Source: Escherichia phage NiC89. Taken from it: DNA of 64,000 nt. A model generated the notes under the pieces. It was not told where the DNA came from, searched no databases, and saw nothing but the letters and a program-made list of their open reading frames with translations. Numbering within the stretch: position 1 is the stretch's first letter; the number at the start of each line of letters is the position of its first letter. The stretch lies in sequence record LC620505.1, one strand, 5' to 3'. Shown piece by piece: positions 20,217 through 28,344 of this stretch. Position numbers and translations under genes: made by a program.

Positions 20217-20491
20217 TAAACTTTCCTCGCTAAATCGCGAATTTGACCTACAGTATAATCTTGGATATAAACTTTATTAATAGGCTCATCAATAAATTTT
20301 GCCATAGATTCAATATCTTTTTGTATCTCTTCAAGACTGTATACTATCTTTAAAGCTTTTTCGCGAATAGTAATATTTTCAGGACTAGAATTTTTCTCAA
20401 TGACAGCTTTAACATTTGTCATAAGAGATTTAAACTGATGCAAACTTAATTCAATCATTAATAACCGCCTTATAAAGATGGCTAATTTCAC
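20216..20491 (-). CDS. Hypothetical protein, 91 aa; paralogue of 20451..20711
   Basis: Shared pattern LEEIQKDIESMAKF...YIQDYTVGQIRDL vs LEEIERDLIALEFF...TISDYVLGEISHL. Confidence 0.45.
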   Translation of the reverse strand: MKLAIFIRRLLMIELSLHQFKSLMTNVKAVIEKNSSPENITIREKALKIVYSLEEIQKDIESMAKFIDEPINKVYIQDYTVGQIRDLARKV

Positions 20492-20711
20492 CTAAAACAT
20501 AATCACTGATTGTGACAGTTTTCACTTCACCACAAAAGAATTCTAACGCAATCAAATCTCGTTCAATTTCTTCCAATTGAAGCATTAACTTGCCTGATTC
20601 AATTTTCACGTTTTTGCGATTTTTACTATAAGCTATTTCATAAATTTCGCTTACTTTATCTTGAAGCAGATAAAACTGGTCTTTAGTTATTTCCACGAAT
20701 AGCTTCCTCAA
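20451..20711 (-). CDS. Hypothetical protein, 86 aa; paralogue of 20216..20491
   Basis: See above; the two ORFs overlap by 41 nt. Confidence 0.45.
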   Translation of the reverse strand: MRKLFVEITKDQFYLLQDKVSEIYEIAYSKNRKNVKIESGKLMLQLEEIERDLIALEFFCGEVKTVTISDYVLGEISHLYKAVIND

Positions 20712-20943
20712 ATTTAATTAGTAATTTACAGACACTTTCATCTAGTGTAATTACCGTATCTGTATTACTATGATATGATTGTTTTTCAATTCGTTTAATT
20801 GCTAATATAGTATCACTTATAAGATAAAGCTTATGAAGGAGCTCAGCTCCTGTTACCATAACATCGAGATTATCTTGCTTATTAGTATGCTTCCTTATAC
20901 CATCTATTAGACGATTTAAATATTTTGAATTGATGTTAATCAT
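20683..20943 (-). CDS. Hypothetical protein, 86 aa
   Basis: ORF immediately downstream of dda. Confidence 0.45.
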   Translation of the reverse strand: MININSKYLNRLIDGIRKHTNKQDNLDVMVTGAELLHKLYLISDTILAIKRIEKQSYHSNTDTVITLDESVCKLLIKFEEAIRGNN

Positions 20944-20949
20944 ATAGCC

Positions 20950-22269
20950 TCACACATAAAACACATCATAACGACCACGTGTTACACCAACATAAAGAAG
21001 TTGTTGAGCTAATTCAGCATCTGCATAATGAATACAAGGCGTATAAATGAAAGCACGGTCTACAGACATACCCTGAGCTTTATGGAATGTTGATGCAGGA
21101 AGTGCTTTCACTTTACTGAACTGTGATTTAGCATCCCAAAAATCACTCCACGGAGCTTTTCCGCCTTTGTTCCAATTTTTATAAGTTTCTGCCGTTTTAC
21201 CTAAAAATAGGTTAAACTTATATAGCTCTTCATCAGATGAAATTATTTTAATCTTTTCACGATAATATTCATCATCGCCGTAAGTTTCTACTGTTAAATC
21301 CCAATGACGAATTAGATATTCTCCAGGAACACCACGAGCTTTAACAAATGTTGATGTATACTCTGCTTCTATAATACGAACTAATTGTCCGTTATTAAAA
21401 ATAATTTCTGACACAGGCTTTCCATCAATTTTATATGTTTTAATTAATGGTTCCTGCATTACAATAATTTCACCGACAATAAAATCTTTATCAGTTTCAA
21501 AAATCTTTTTACGAATAATATTGTTTAACTTATCAACAGATTTATTCGTAAATGCCATTACGCGATTTTCAAACAAATCATCTAGCGATTTGACGATTGA
21601 AAAATAATTTACCATAAAATCGCGTAAAGCGGTATCACCAGTAAATCCACGTACTCCATGCCCGTCAACAACTTTATCATAAATCCACTTACCGTTACGA
21701 ACATCAGTAGCTACATCAATAATAGGAGCATTACTGCGTTTAACTTCAGTAAGTTCACACTGATAAAAATCTTTGTGTGTAAAGAATGGACTGATATAAG
21801 CAGTATTTTCTCCTGGGTCAACAGGTCTAATTTGCTTATTATCGCCTATTCCAATTATAGTACACCAAGGTGGAATAGTTGAAAGCAGAATTTTAAATAG
21901 CTTTCTATCATACATTGACACTTCGTCGCAGATTAATACCCTGCATTTAGCTAAATCTGGTACTTCCTTCTGTTCAAAAAGAACGTTTTCTTCATACGTA
22001 ACTGGGTTAATTTTAAGAATACTGTGAATAGTACTCGCTTCTTTCCCCGACAGTTTTGAAAGAATCTTTTTAGCTGCATGTGTAGGAGCTGCCAAAATGA
22101 TACCAGTTTCGCCCGTAGATATTAAAGCTTCAATGATGAACTTAGTAAGAGTAGTCTTACCAGTACCAGCAGGTCCATTAATAGTTACATGATGTTTCTT
22201 TTCTTTAATAGCCCTCATAACGATGTTAAAGGCATTTTTCTGGCCTTCTGTCAAATCATCAAATGTCAT
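20950..22269 (-). CDS. dda: Dda DNA helicase (SF1)
   Basis: 439 aa, same length as T4 Dda; Walker A GPAGTGKT; sequence MTFDDLTEGQKNAFNIV... recognised. Confidence 0.9.
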   Translation of the reverse strand: MTFDDLTEGQKNAFNIVMRAIKEKKHHVTINGPAGTGKTTLTKFIIEALISTGETGIILAAPTHAAKKILSKLSGKEASTIHSILKINPVTYEENVLFEQKEVPDLAKCRVLICDEVSMYDRKLFKILLSTIPPWCTIIGIGDNKQIRPVDPGENTAYISPFFTHKDFYQCELTEVKRSNAPIIDVATDVRNGKWIYDKVVDGHGVRGFTGDTALRDFMVNYFSIVKSLDDLFENRVMAFTNKSVDKLNNIIRKKIFETDKDFIVGEIIVMQEPLIKTYKIDGKPVSEIIFNNGQLVRIIEAEYTSTFVKARGVPGEYLIRHWDLTVETYGDDEYYREKIKIISSDEELYKFNLFLGKTAETYKNWNKGGKAPWSDFWDAKSQFSKVKALPASTFHKAQGMSVDRAFIYTPCIHYADAELAQQLLYVGVTRGRYDVFYV

Positions 22270-22577
22270 CGTAAATTCCCTGCAATTGGTATACTAACAA
22301 TACGCCCAGTATCTAAAATTCGCCGATATAATCTTTGTGTGTCTACATCAGGCTTAACGTGTTTAACTTCTATTTTATTAAACCAAAACTTGCGTGGAGT
22401 TTCAACTAATCTTGGAATTCCCATACCTAAAGCTAGTCGATACTGCTCTTTAAGAGTGGTAAATACTTTGTCAGCAATATTCCATTCAAAAAATACAGCA
22501 GGACGATGTTCATCAAGCGGAACTGGCGCCGTAAATCCGTCTTTGTCTCGGTAAACTATCGCATATACATAAACCAT
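22266..22577 (-). CDS. Hypothetical protein, 103 aa (dda.1-like by position)
   Basis: ORF with stop/start overlap to dda. Confidence 0.5.
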   Translation of the reverse strand: MVYVYAIVYRDKDGFTAPVPLDEHRPAVFFEWNIADKVFTTLKEQYRLALGMGIPRLVETPRKFWFNKIEVKHVKPDVDTQRLYRRILDTGRIVSIPIAGNLR

Positions 22578-22578
22578 A

Positions 22579-23334
22579 TTATCCTCGGATAAGTTTAAAA
22601 ATTGAACAATTTAGCGGGTATCCTCTTTTCAGTTTAAGTTTATCAATAAAAGACAAGTTTTGATACCGCTCTACACCTTGAATAATTTTATCACACATAT
22701 CATATTGCATTTCTGCTTCTGATAACTTTTTCACAATTTTCCAATCCGAACCTTTAAGAAGAACGTTCAGTTTAACAACTTCAGCGCCTTCTGCTATGCG
22801 AGAACCATCAATACGAGCTTTAAGTGCTATAATCGTTAGCTTAATGTCAGAGGTCTGTTTTGATTTAGAAAGCTGAGAAATGTGTTCAATTCGATTTTCA
22901 CGTTTTTTCTGTATAGCTTTAATTTGATTATAAGTCTTTTTGATTTTAGCCCATTTCTTTTCATCTAAATTTAGTTTATGAACTTTTTTCGCAGATGAAC
23001 GGCCAATTCGCAAAGCAAATAAATCACGCTTTTCAATCAACTCTTCTAAAGTATAATCAGAACGAAATGTATTATACTTTTTCTTTACTGCAATAACGTT
23101 CCCTTTAATGTATCCAATGTTATTATCAAAACGTTCTAATGATAATTTCTCTCCTTCAATACGATTATCAAAAGGTTCTCCTGAATAGGCACAAACTTTT
23201 TGATCTAAAATGTTCTTAATGTAATTGAAGTCTAAGTTAAAATCTTTAGAACGTCTTTTTGCAGATGCCTGAGTGTGCTCTAAACGACGTTTAATTTTAC
23301 GAATTTGATTATTAGACATATTATGCAGTTTCAT
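22579..23334 (-). CDS. Hypothetical basic protein, 251 aa, with degenerate HNH-like segment; possibly Srd by position
   Basis: CAYSGEPF...LSLERFDNNIGYIKGNVIAVKKKYN resembles a His-Me finger lacking the catalytic His; lies between dda.1 and modA, where T4 has srd. Confidence 0.35.
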   Translation of the reverse strand: MKLHNMSNNQIRKIKRRLEHTQASAKRRSKDFNLDFNYIKNILDQKVCAYSGEPFDNRIEGEKLSLERFDNNIGYIKGNVIAVKKKYNTFRSDYTLEELIEKRDLFALRIGRSSAKKVHKLNLDEKKWAKIKKTYNQIKAIQKKRENRIEHISQLSKSKQTSDIKLTIIALKARIDGSRIAEGAEVVKLNVLLKGSDWKIVKKLSEAEMQYDMCDKIIQGVERYQNLSFIDKLKLKRGYPLNCSIFKLIRG

Positions 23335-23369
23335 ATTTTTCTCACATCTTACGGACGGTTGACTACTAT

Positions 23370-23399
23370 ACTATAACATTTTTACCTTAGCTTGTAAAC
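23370..23399 (-). promoter_or_regulatory. T4-type early promoter
   Basis: GTTTAC (23394-23399), 18-bp spacer, TATAGT. Confidence 0.5.
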
Positions 23400-23414
23400 A
23401 ACTTTATGTAAAAA

Positions 23415-23439
23415 TGCTTTAAAACTTTCGTGGTATAAT
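23415..23439 (+). promoter_or_regulatory. Middle-promoter-like motif on + strand (MotA box TGCTTTA, 12 bp, TGGTATAAT)
   Basis: Direct read: aaTGCTTTAaaactttcgtggTATAAT, oriented antisense to modA/modB. Confidence 0.3.
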
Positions 23440-23456
23440 GAATCTAAGTCCTTCCA

Positions 23457-24059
23457 TTATAGATTAAATCCTTCAAAATCAAGAGTATAGATAGTGTATG
23501 TTGAATACTTTTTATACTCATATCTATCTGCAATTCTAAATACACTTCCAGCTGGTATCATTACTTCTTGTTCATCTGAAACTAATTCCATATTACGATA
23601 ACGATGACTATCCGGAAACTTAAAGTTTGGATTGTATTCTTTACAGCGTAGAGCTTTTATGGCATACTCCTGGAAATTGAATACCATAGGAGCTTTGAAT
23701 TCAAAAATAACCTGTGTGTTATACTCTAAACCGGAAGCAAAATGTAGAGCTATATTTTTATCATATGAAGCTGATACTACTTTATCAAATGTAATAATAT
23801 CAATTCCTTGATTTAACACCTGCTTAGTCTCAACTGGAACACCTCTCCAAAGAGGTTTATCGTTTGGAACCAAACGAGATTTGATTATTTCATTTAACCA
23901 AGTATGGTCATCTGGCTTATTAGTAATACAATGAATTAAAAGTTCAATTTCAGATAAATTAAACCCTTCAGAAAGTAATTCTTCACGAATAGAAGCACGC
24001 ACCGATGCATCCATTGATTTTATTTTAAAATCTTTTAGTTGCATTACTGAGTATTTCAT
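23457..24059 (-). CDS. modA: ADP-ribosyltransferase ModA
   Basis: 200 aa, same length as T4 ModA; R (LWRG), S-x-S (SAS) and E-x-E (EQEV) ART motifs. Confidence 0.7.
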   Translation of the reverse strand: MKYSVMQLKDFKIKSMDASVRASIREELLSEGFNLSEIELLIHCITNKPDDHTWLNEIIKSRLVPNDKPLWRGVPVETKQVLNQGIDIITFDKVVSASYDKNIALHFASGLEYNTQVIFEFKAPMVFNFQEYAIKALRCKEYNPNFKFPDSHRYRNMELVSDEQEVMIPAGSVFRIADRYEYKKYSTYTIYTLDFEGFNL

Positions 24060-24550
24060 TCAACTACCTCAATATCATAAACTTTAAATGTTCCAAATGA
24101 ATCGTGTAATTTTTCTTTTGAAATAGAAGTTATTTTGTACTTTCCAATTGGAATCATCCATTCTTGTTCATGCACAATCATCATTAAGTTATCAGTACGC
24201 TCTGAATCTAATCCATCAGTATCTTCATATGTATACTTAAACTCAGTATTAGGAGAAGAAAGTATAATATCGCTGATATGGTCAGAGTAATTAAAAGCTT
24301 TATCAGTTTTTAAACGAAGTATTGTTTCAGTGAAATATTCAGCATAAGAAAAAGAACACGCTGTATGCAAACTAGTAGTAAATGAATCTACCCTGTTCGT
24401 TGAAAACACTTCTCCAACTTGTAAATCTTTAATGAGTTCTTTTGTTGATTTTGATATACCACGATATAATTGATAAGGCGATTTAGTTAAATGCTTTTTA
24501 ATGATTTTATTCAACTGTCTGTGAAGAGCTTCATTCTTTTTAGCTTCCAT
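24056..24550 (-). CDS. modB: ADP-ribosyltransferase ModB, catalytic part; full gene needs a -1 shift from upstream frame starting at 24681
   Basis: 164-aa ORF with LYRG, TTS, HEQEW ART motifs; a 56-codon ORF from ATG 24681 is one frame off and joins at an A8 run, giving ~208 aa. Confidence 0.6.
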   Translation of the reverse strand: MEAKKNEALHRQLNKIIKKHLTKSPYQLYRGISKSTKELIKDLQVGEVFSTNRVDSFTTSLHTACSFSYAEYFTETILRLKTDKAFNYSDHISDIILSSPNTEFKYTYEDTDGLDSERTDNLMMIVHEQEWMIPIGKYKITSISKEKLHDSFGTFKVYDIEVVE

Positions 24551-24597
24551 ACATTGCCAAAGAACAGACTGCTCAAAGTCAGTAAATTTTTCACAAA

Positions 24598-24606
24598 CTT
24601 TTTTTT
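24598..24606 (-). other. A AAA AAG slippery heptamer within A8 run at the modB frame junction
   Basis: mRNA reads TAT AAA AAA AAG TTT in the upstream frame; a -1 shift continues into the ART domain frame. Confidence 0.5.
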
Positions 24607-24707
24607 ATACATATCATATTGAAAATCAACGCTTTCAGCTTTTATAGATAACTGTTCAACATCTGCAAGATTAATAATCATGATAGCCTCCGTATACTTC
24701 AGAAGCT

Positions 24708-24737
24708 ATCATATCATCGTTAGAAAGGAAAGTAAAC
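24708..24737 (-). promoter_or_regulatory. T4-type early promoter upstream of modB
   Basis: GTTTAC (24732-24737), 18-bp spacer, TATGAT. Confidence 0.45.
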
Positions 24738-24748
24738 AACTTTTTGAA

Positions 24749-24931
24749 TTATTTTGCCCAGGGAGCCCAAGGCGGAGGGTCAAGATGGTATGAAGCTAGT
24801 TCTTCTAGAAGAGCATCTGGGGCTTCAATTCCATAATTCTGTAATACTATACGGTACTCTTTCTTATAATCACTAGAATCATTCTGGATATTCGTAGAAT
24901 GATTATCTTCTAACATCTCAAATAAATCCAT
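24749..24931 (-). CDS. Hypothetical protein, 60 aa
   Basis: ORF. Confidence 0.45.
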   Translation of the reverse strand: MDLFEMLEDNHSTNIQNDSSDYKKEYRIVLQNYGIEAPDALLEELASYHLDPPPWAPWAK

Positions 24932-24932
24932 A

Positions 24933-25409
24933 CTAATTCCTAGCGATAAAAACCAAATTGACGATTAGCTTCAATAATCTTTCTTTCTTCTTCGGACATT
25001 CTCCAACGTAGTCCAACATCAAAAGAGCCCAGACCATCTTAACAAATGCATTTATATCTTTAATATCTTCAATAATGAATGTTTTACTTTTAGAAGATTG
25101 ACTCGCTAATTTAACTTTATCGTCTTCAAACATGTCAAAAAGACCATATTCATGAGCTCTTTTATAGCCTTTAATAGTTAAAGCTTCGGAAGAAGAAAAC
25201 GGTGAATCAGTATTCTGCAAAATATCTTCAGTATGCTTTATAATTAGAATAACATTTTCTGGATATTTTCTTTCTTTTATATCTTTAATTAAAAAATCCG
25301 GATTTTCTGCTAAAGGAATAATTAATGAGCATTTTTTATCAAGTGTATTTACTGATTTACCTTCTTTAGACATAAATTCTATTGAATAATGTTTTGCTAC
25401 TTCAATCAT
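24933..25409 (-). CDS. Hypothetical protein, 158 aa (mrh-like by size and position)
   Basis: ORF; T4 has mrh in this interval. Confidence 0.45.
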   Translation of the reverse strand: MIEVAKHYSIEFMSKEGKSVNTLDKKCSLIIPLAENPDFLIKDIKERKYPENVILIIKHTEDILQNTDSPFSSSEALTIKGYKRAHEYGLFDMFEDDKVKLASQSSKSKTFIIEDIKDINAFVKMVWALLMLDYVGECPKKKERLLKLIVNLVFIARN

Positions 25410-25566
25410 GTGATTTCCTCTTGCCTACTAATGGACCGTCAGGAATTTTGTTTTCCTGGATATACTTCTCATTTTCTTCCATCATTTTACTGCCAATTTT
25501 AAGAAGCAAATCCAAGGCTTCATTTGCTTTAGCCTTTGCCTCTTCTAACGTCATATCTTTGGTCAT
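25402..25566 (-). CDS. Hypothetical protein, 54 aa (not in ORF track)
   Basis: Hand-translated [42 protein letters not shown]...; ATGA overlaps on both sides. Confidence 0.35.
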   Translation of the reverse strand: MTKDMTLEEAKAKANEALDLLLKIGSKMMEENEKYIQENKIPDGPLVGKRKSHD

Positions 25567-25766
25567 GATTTATCACCATAGATGTCTCTCATCAATTTAA
25601 GCGCTGAACGTTCTAATTTCTTTTCTTTCTCAGCACTAATCATTGATTTCATCCATTCTTCTGATTCGTTCTGCATTTCTTTATTTGCCTGTTCAATCCA
25701 ACCATCGTCAATATACATTGAGTTTGGTCTATTGAACCATTCAAGAATCTTCTTGAGAGCTTTCAT
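25563..25766 (-). CDS. Hypothetical protein, 67 aa
   Basis: ORF. Confidence 0.45.
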   Translation of the reverse strand: MKALKKILEWFNRPNSMYIDDGWIEQANKEMQNESEEWMKSMISAEKEKKLERSALKLMRDIYGDKS

Positions 25767-26238
25767 TTATTTTACCTAAAACGATAGTATGGACACCGTC
25801 AAATTCATGAATTTTTAGCAAATTAGGATTTAAATTATTCCATAAAGAGGTAATAAAATATGATAGCGCACTTTCGTCCGTAATTATAAATTTATTTCCC
25901 TTATCAATTTTCCAGTCATATATTGAATCATATGAATAGAAGGATAACGGTTTATTATTATAGTATGCTTCAGCAACATCAATATAGTTAGATTTAGTAA
26001 ATGCTTGAATTGCCATAAATGGAGAATTTTGTACAGTTTCAATAATTCCGATCTTTTTAAGTTTTATTTCAACATCTTCTGGAACTGGCATTGAAATAAA
26101 ATCTTCTACTAGATACATGTCATTGTCATATCTTTTATCAATCATTACTGCTACGGTAATTGGAACATCCTTGACAAACGCCATACTAATACTATTGATA
26201 GACATTTCAAACAAAATTGCTTCCATAATTTTCCTCAA
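25741..26238 (-). CDS. Hypothetical protein, 165 aa
   Basis: ORF. Confidence 0.5.
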   Translation of the reverse strand: MRKIMEAILFEMSINSISMAFVKDVPITVAVMIDKRYDNDMYLVEDFISMPVPEDVEIKLKKIGIIETVQNSPFMAIQAFTKSNYIDVAEAYYNNKPLSFYSYDSIYDWKIDKGNKFIITDESALSYFITSLWNNLNPNLLKIHEFDGVHTIVLGKINESSQEDS

Positions 26239-26576
26239 TCACAAGATGTAGATGAACAACTAGAATCACAAGAACTTCCACATGAATCACCTGCCCATAC
26301 GTGAACAGGAACATTTGTATCATATGAATCAGAACTAGACTGTGTATTCTGTGTGTTAGATGATGCAGTAGGTGTTGACCAGCGCCAAGGATTTTTATAA
26401 TATTCTTGGGCTTCTTCATAAGTCATAGTAACTGCTTCTACTGTTCCATCTCCCATATAAACATATTCAACTACAGTTAAAGGAAGATAGTCATTTGAAA
26501 TAGGAACTACACCTTCTCCCGGAGTTGTAGAGAAAAAATCTGTAAAGAAATTTTTAAACCAATTAAAGATAAACAT
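26235..26576 (-). CDS. Hypothetical protein, 113 aa, Cys/Ser-rich C-terminus
   Basis: ORF ending ...[18 protein letters not shown]. Confidence 0.5.
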   Translation of the reverse strand: MFIFNWFKNFFTDFFSTTPGEGVVPISNDYLPLTVVEYVYMGDGTVEAVTMTYEEAQEYYKNPWRWSTPTASSNTQNTQSSSDSYDTNVPVHVWAGDSCGSSCDSSCSSTSCD

Positions 26577-26782
26577 TACAAAAAGCCTCTTTTGAATTCG
26601 ACCTGCTTCTCACCATAATCATATCGAATCTCTGCATTAAACTCAACAGAACCATCTGCGTACATCATAAATGAATGCACAACAACTTCTGTAGACCATG
26701 GTTGTAGTTCATATTTCTTCATTACATGCCGTGAAATGATAATATCTAAATCTTCATTTGGTTTAATCCAACGATTTAACAT
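26576..26782 (-). CDS. Hypothetical protein, 68 aa
   Basis: ORF downstream of early promoter 26809. Confidence 0.5.
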   Translation of the reverse strand: MLNRWIKPNEDLDIIISRHVMKKYELQPWSTEVVVHSFMMYADGSVEFNAEIRYDYGEKQVEFKRGFL

Positions 26783-26808
26783 AGTGCTCTCCTCTATAAG
26801 ATAATTTT

Positions 26809-26837
26809 ATTATACCATACTCATTTTGGAAAGTAAA
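26809..26837 (-). promoter_or_regulatory. T4-type early promoter
   Basis: GTTTAC (26832-26837), 17-bp spacer, TGGTATAAT. Confidence 0.55.
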
Positions 26838-26852
26838 CTGTAAAAACGAAAA

Positions 26853-26874
26853 AAGGAATCCCGAAGGATTCCTT
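26853..26874 (-). terminator. UUCG-loop hairpin (aaggaatcc-cgaa-ggattcctt) after soc
   Basis: 9-bp stem, 6 nt after soc stop. Confidence 0.5.
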
Positions 26875-26879
26875 AAATT

Positions 26880-27137
26880 TTAACCACCAATACCTGGAGT
26901 TGGCGTAACAGTCCAAAGACCTTCATTTGCAGTAATCCAATCAGCACGCTGATTTTCTTCATATACTGTTGAATATGCTGCTTTTTCTGAAGGAAATGTC
27001 TGATAATGAGCCCCAGAAATTTTGTGAACATCAGAATAAAGAGGGAAAGCTACAGAAATTTCTTTACCCTGAATTGTACCACCGTCAACTGCTTGGTCAA
27101 ATGTTTTAATATTAACATAACCGCGAGTACTAGCCAT
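26880..27137 (-). CDS. soc: Small outer capsid protein Soc
   Basis: 85 aa; sequence MASTRGYVNIKTF...ISVAFPLYSDVHKISGAHYQTFPSEKAAYSTVYEENQ matches remembered T4 Soc; late promoter upstream. Confidence 0.85.
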   Translation of the reverse strand: MASTRGYVNIKTFDQAVDGGTIQGKEISVAFPLYSDVHKISGAHYQTFPSEKAAYSTVYEENQRADWITANEGLWTVTPTPGIGG

Positions 27138-27153
27138 GTAATTCTCCTTTTAT

Positions 27154-27363
27154 TTAAATTACATGATTATTTATAATAAATTCTCGCGGAACGTTAAAAT
27201 ATCCGATTTTAGTTAATATAACAACATCACCGTTAATAATTACCGGAGAATAATCTTCTGGAGCATTAAATTTCCAATGGGCTCTAATATTATATCCATC
27301 AGAACCAAATGCTCGAGTAGCCGGTCTCCCGGCTTTTTGCCACGCATAGAAATCAAATTTCAT
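27154..27363 (-). CDS. Hypothetical protein, 69 aa (soc.1-like by position)
   Basis: ORF. Confidence 0.45.
   Translation of the reverse strand: MKFDFYAWQKAGRPATRAFGSDGYNIRAHWKFNAPEDYSPVIINGDVVILTKIGYFNVPREFIINNHVI
27168..27175 (-). promoter_or_regulatory. Late promoter TATAAATA upstream of soc
   Basis: Exact TATAAATA on - strand ~31 nt before soc ATG. Confidence 0.5.
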
Positions 27364-27554
27364 TTTGAATGCTCTATAATTAATTTTAAAGCTTCTTCAC
27401 TGACAAAAATTTCGTCAGGACCTTCTATAACTTCAACCATACGAAGTTGATTAGTTAAGAGCTCACATACGAGCTCCTTGTTATAATCTTTAAATAGCTG
27501 GTCAATACGTTTCTTATGGGCTTTCTTAAGCTGACGCTTATTTAAACGAGCCAT
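27360..27554 (-). CDS. Hypothetical protein, 64 aa (soc.2-like by position)
   Basis: ORF. Confidence 0.45.
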   Translation of the reverse strand: MARLNKRQLKKAHKKRIDQLFKDYNKELVCELLTNQLRMVEVIEGPDEIFVSEEALKLIIEHSK

Positions 27555-28072
27555 TAATAACCTCGGTCTTGACGAGCGAAGTTTTCAGCATTTTTCAGGT
27601 AATAAAGTTTAAAGATTTCTTCAGCTGACATTCCAAGAGCAATAAATTTATTCATGAAAAAATGAAATTGGTCAATAAGTTCAAATTTAATTTCAAGCTG
27701 ATCTTCGGGAGATAAATCTTGAATTTTCTTGGATTGCATTTCAGAATAACGTTTCTTCCAAGGTTTCCATACAGCAGAAGCTTCTTTTTCGCCATTACTC
27801 ATACCACCAAGAGAAGTATATAACTCGCGGGTTTCATCTGCGATATAATCGTCTTGGTTTCGCAACCAAGCAAGAACTTCTCCTGCAGTTTCAAGTGAAT
27901 CAGGATGACGATTTGTTTCTGGTTTATCATTAGCCAAACGAATCTGTAAATGCCGCTGCATATTAAGCATAACCTGCAGTGGGTCAATATTGTGCATAAT
28001 ATTCTCAGCATATGCACGATTTGCTTTATCAACACCTTCGATCAAATGAGCACATTCATTAAAGTAAGCCAT
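27554..28072 (-). CDS. 56: dCTP pyrophosphatase gp56 (MazG-like)
   Basis: Track ORF 203 aa; start taken at MAYFNE (172 aa; T4 gp56 171 aa) with AGGA RBS. Confidence 0.7.
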   Translation of the reverse strand: MAYFNECAHLIEGVDKANRAYAENIMHNIDPLQVMLNMQRHLQIRLANDKPETNRHPDSLETAGEVLAWLRNQDDYIADETRELYTSLGGMSNGEKEASAVWKPWKKRYSEMQSKKIQDLSPEDQLEIKFELIDQFHFFMNKFIALGMSAEEIFKLYYLKNAENFARQDRGY

Positions 28073-28096
28073 TATTTTTCCTTTCAATTCATGGGT

Positions 28097-28121
28097 TAGT
28101 AGATTAATTATACAATAAATA
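28097..28121 (-). promoter_or_regulatory. Middle promoter upstream of gene 56
   Basis: On - strand TTGCTTTA (MotA box), 11-bp spacer, TATAAT. Confidence 0.45.
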
Positions 28122-28143
28122 TATAAAGCAATAAGGAGGACAT

Positions 28144-28344
28144 ATGGTACAAAAATTAATGGCACTTGTTAATGCCATAAAAGGTAATAAAAAACGTATA
28201 GCTTTTACTATTTCTGCTATGGTAGGAATTTTACTCTGGAACTTTATTCTATCACCTATTGCAATTGCACATGGTATTAATATTCCAGTAGTTACTCTTG
28301 ATACATTTGTAGATTTAGCATTTGCTTTAGTTGGGTTAATTTAA
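28144..28344 (+). CDS. Candidate small membrane protein, 66 aa, convergent with gene 61
   Basis: TAAGGAGG then ATG; two hydrophobic segments; occupies the 56-61 interval where T4 carries 69/dam. Could be a chance ORF in AT-rich DNA. Confidence 0.3.
   Translation: MVQKLMALVNAIKGNKKRIAFTISAMVGILLWNFILSPIAIAHGINIPVVTLDTFVDLAFALVGLI

Noticed and set aside
27554-28165. 203-aa version of gp56 with a hydrophobic N-terminal extension
   Set aside because: The extension overlaps the middle promoter; the internal Met with an AGGA RBS gives 172 aa, matching the T4 gp56 size.
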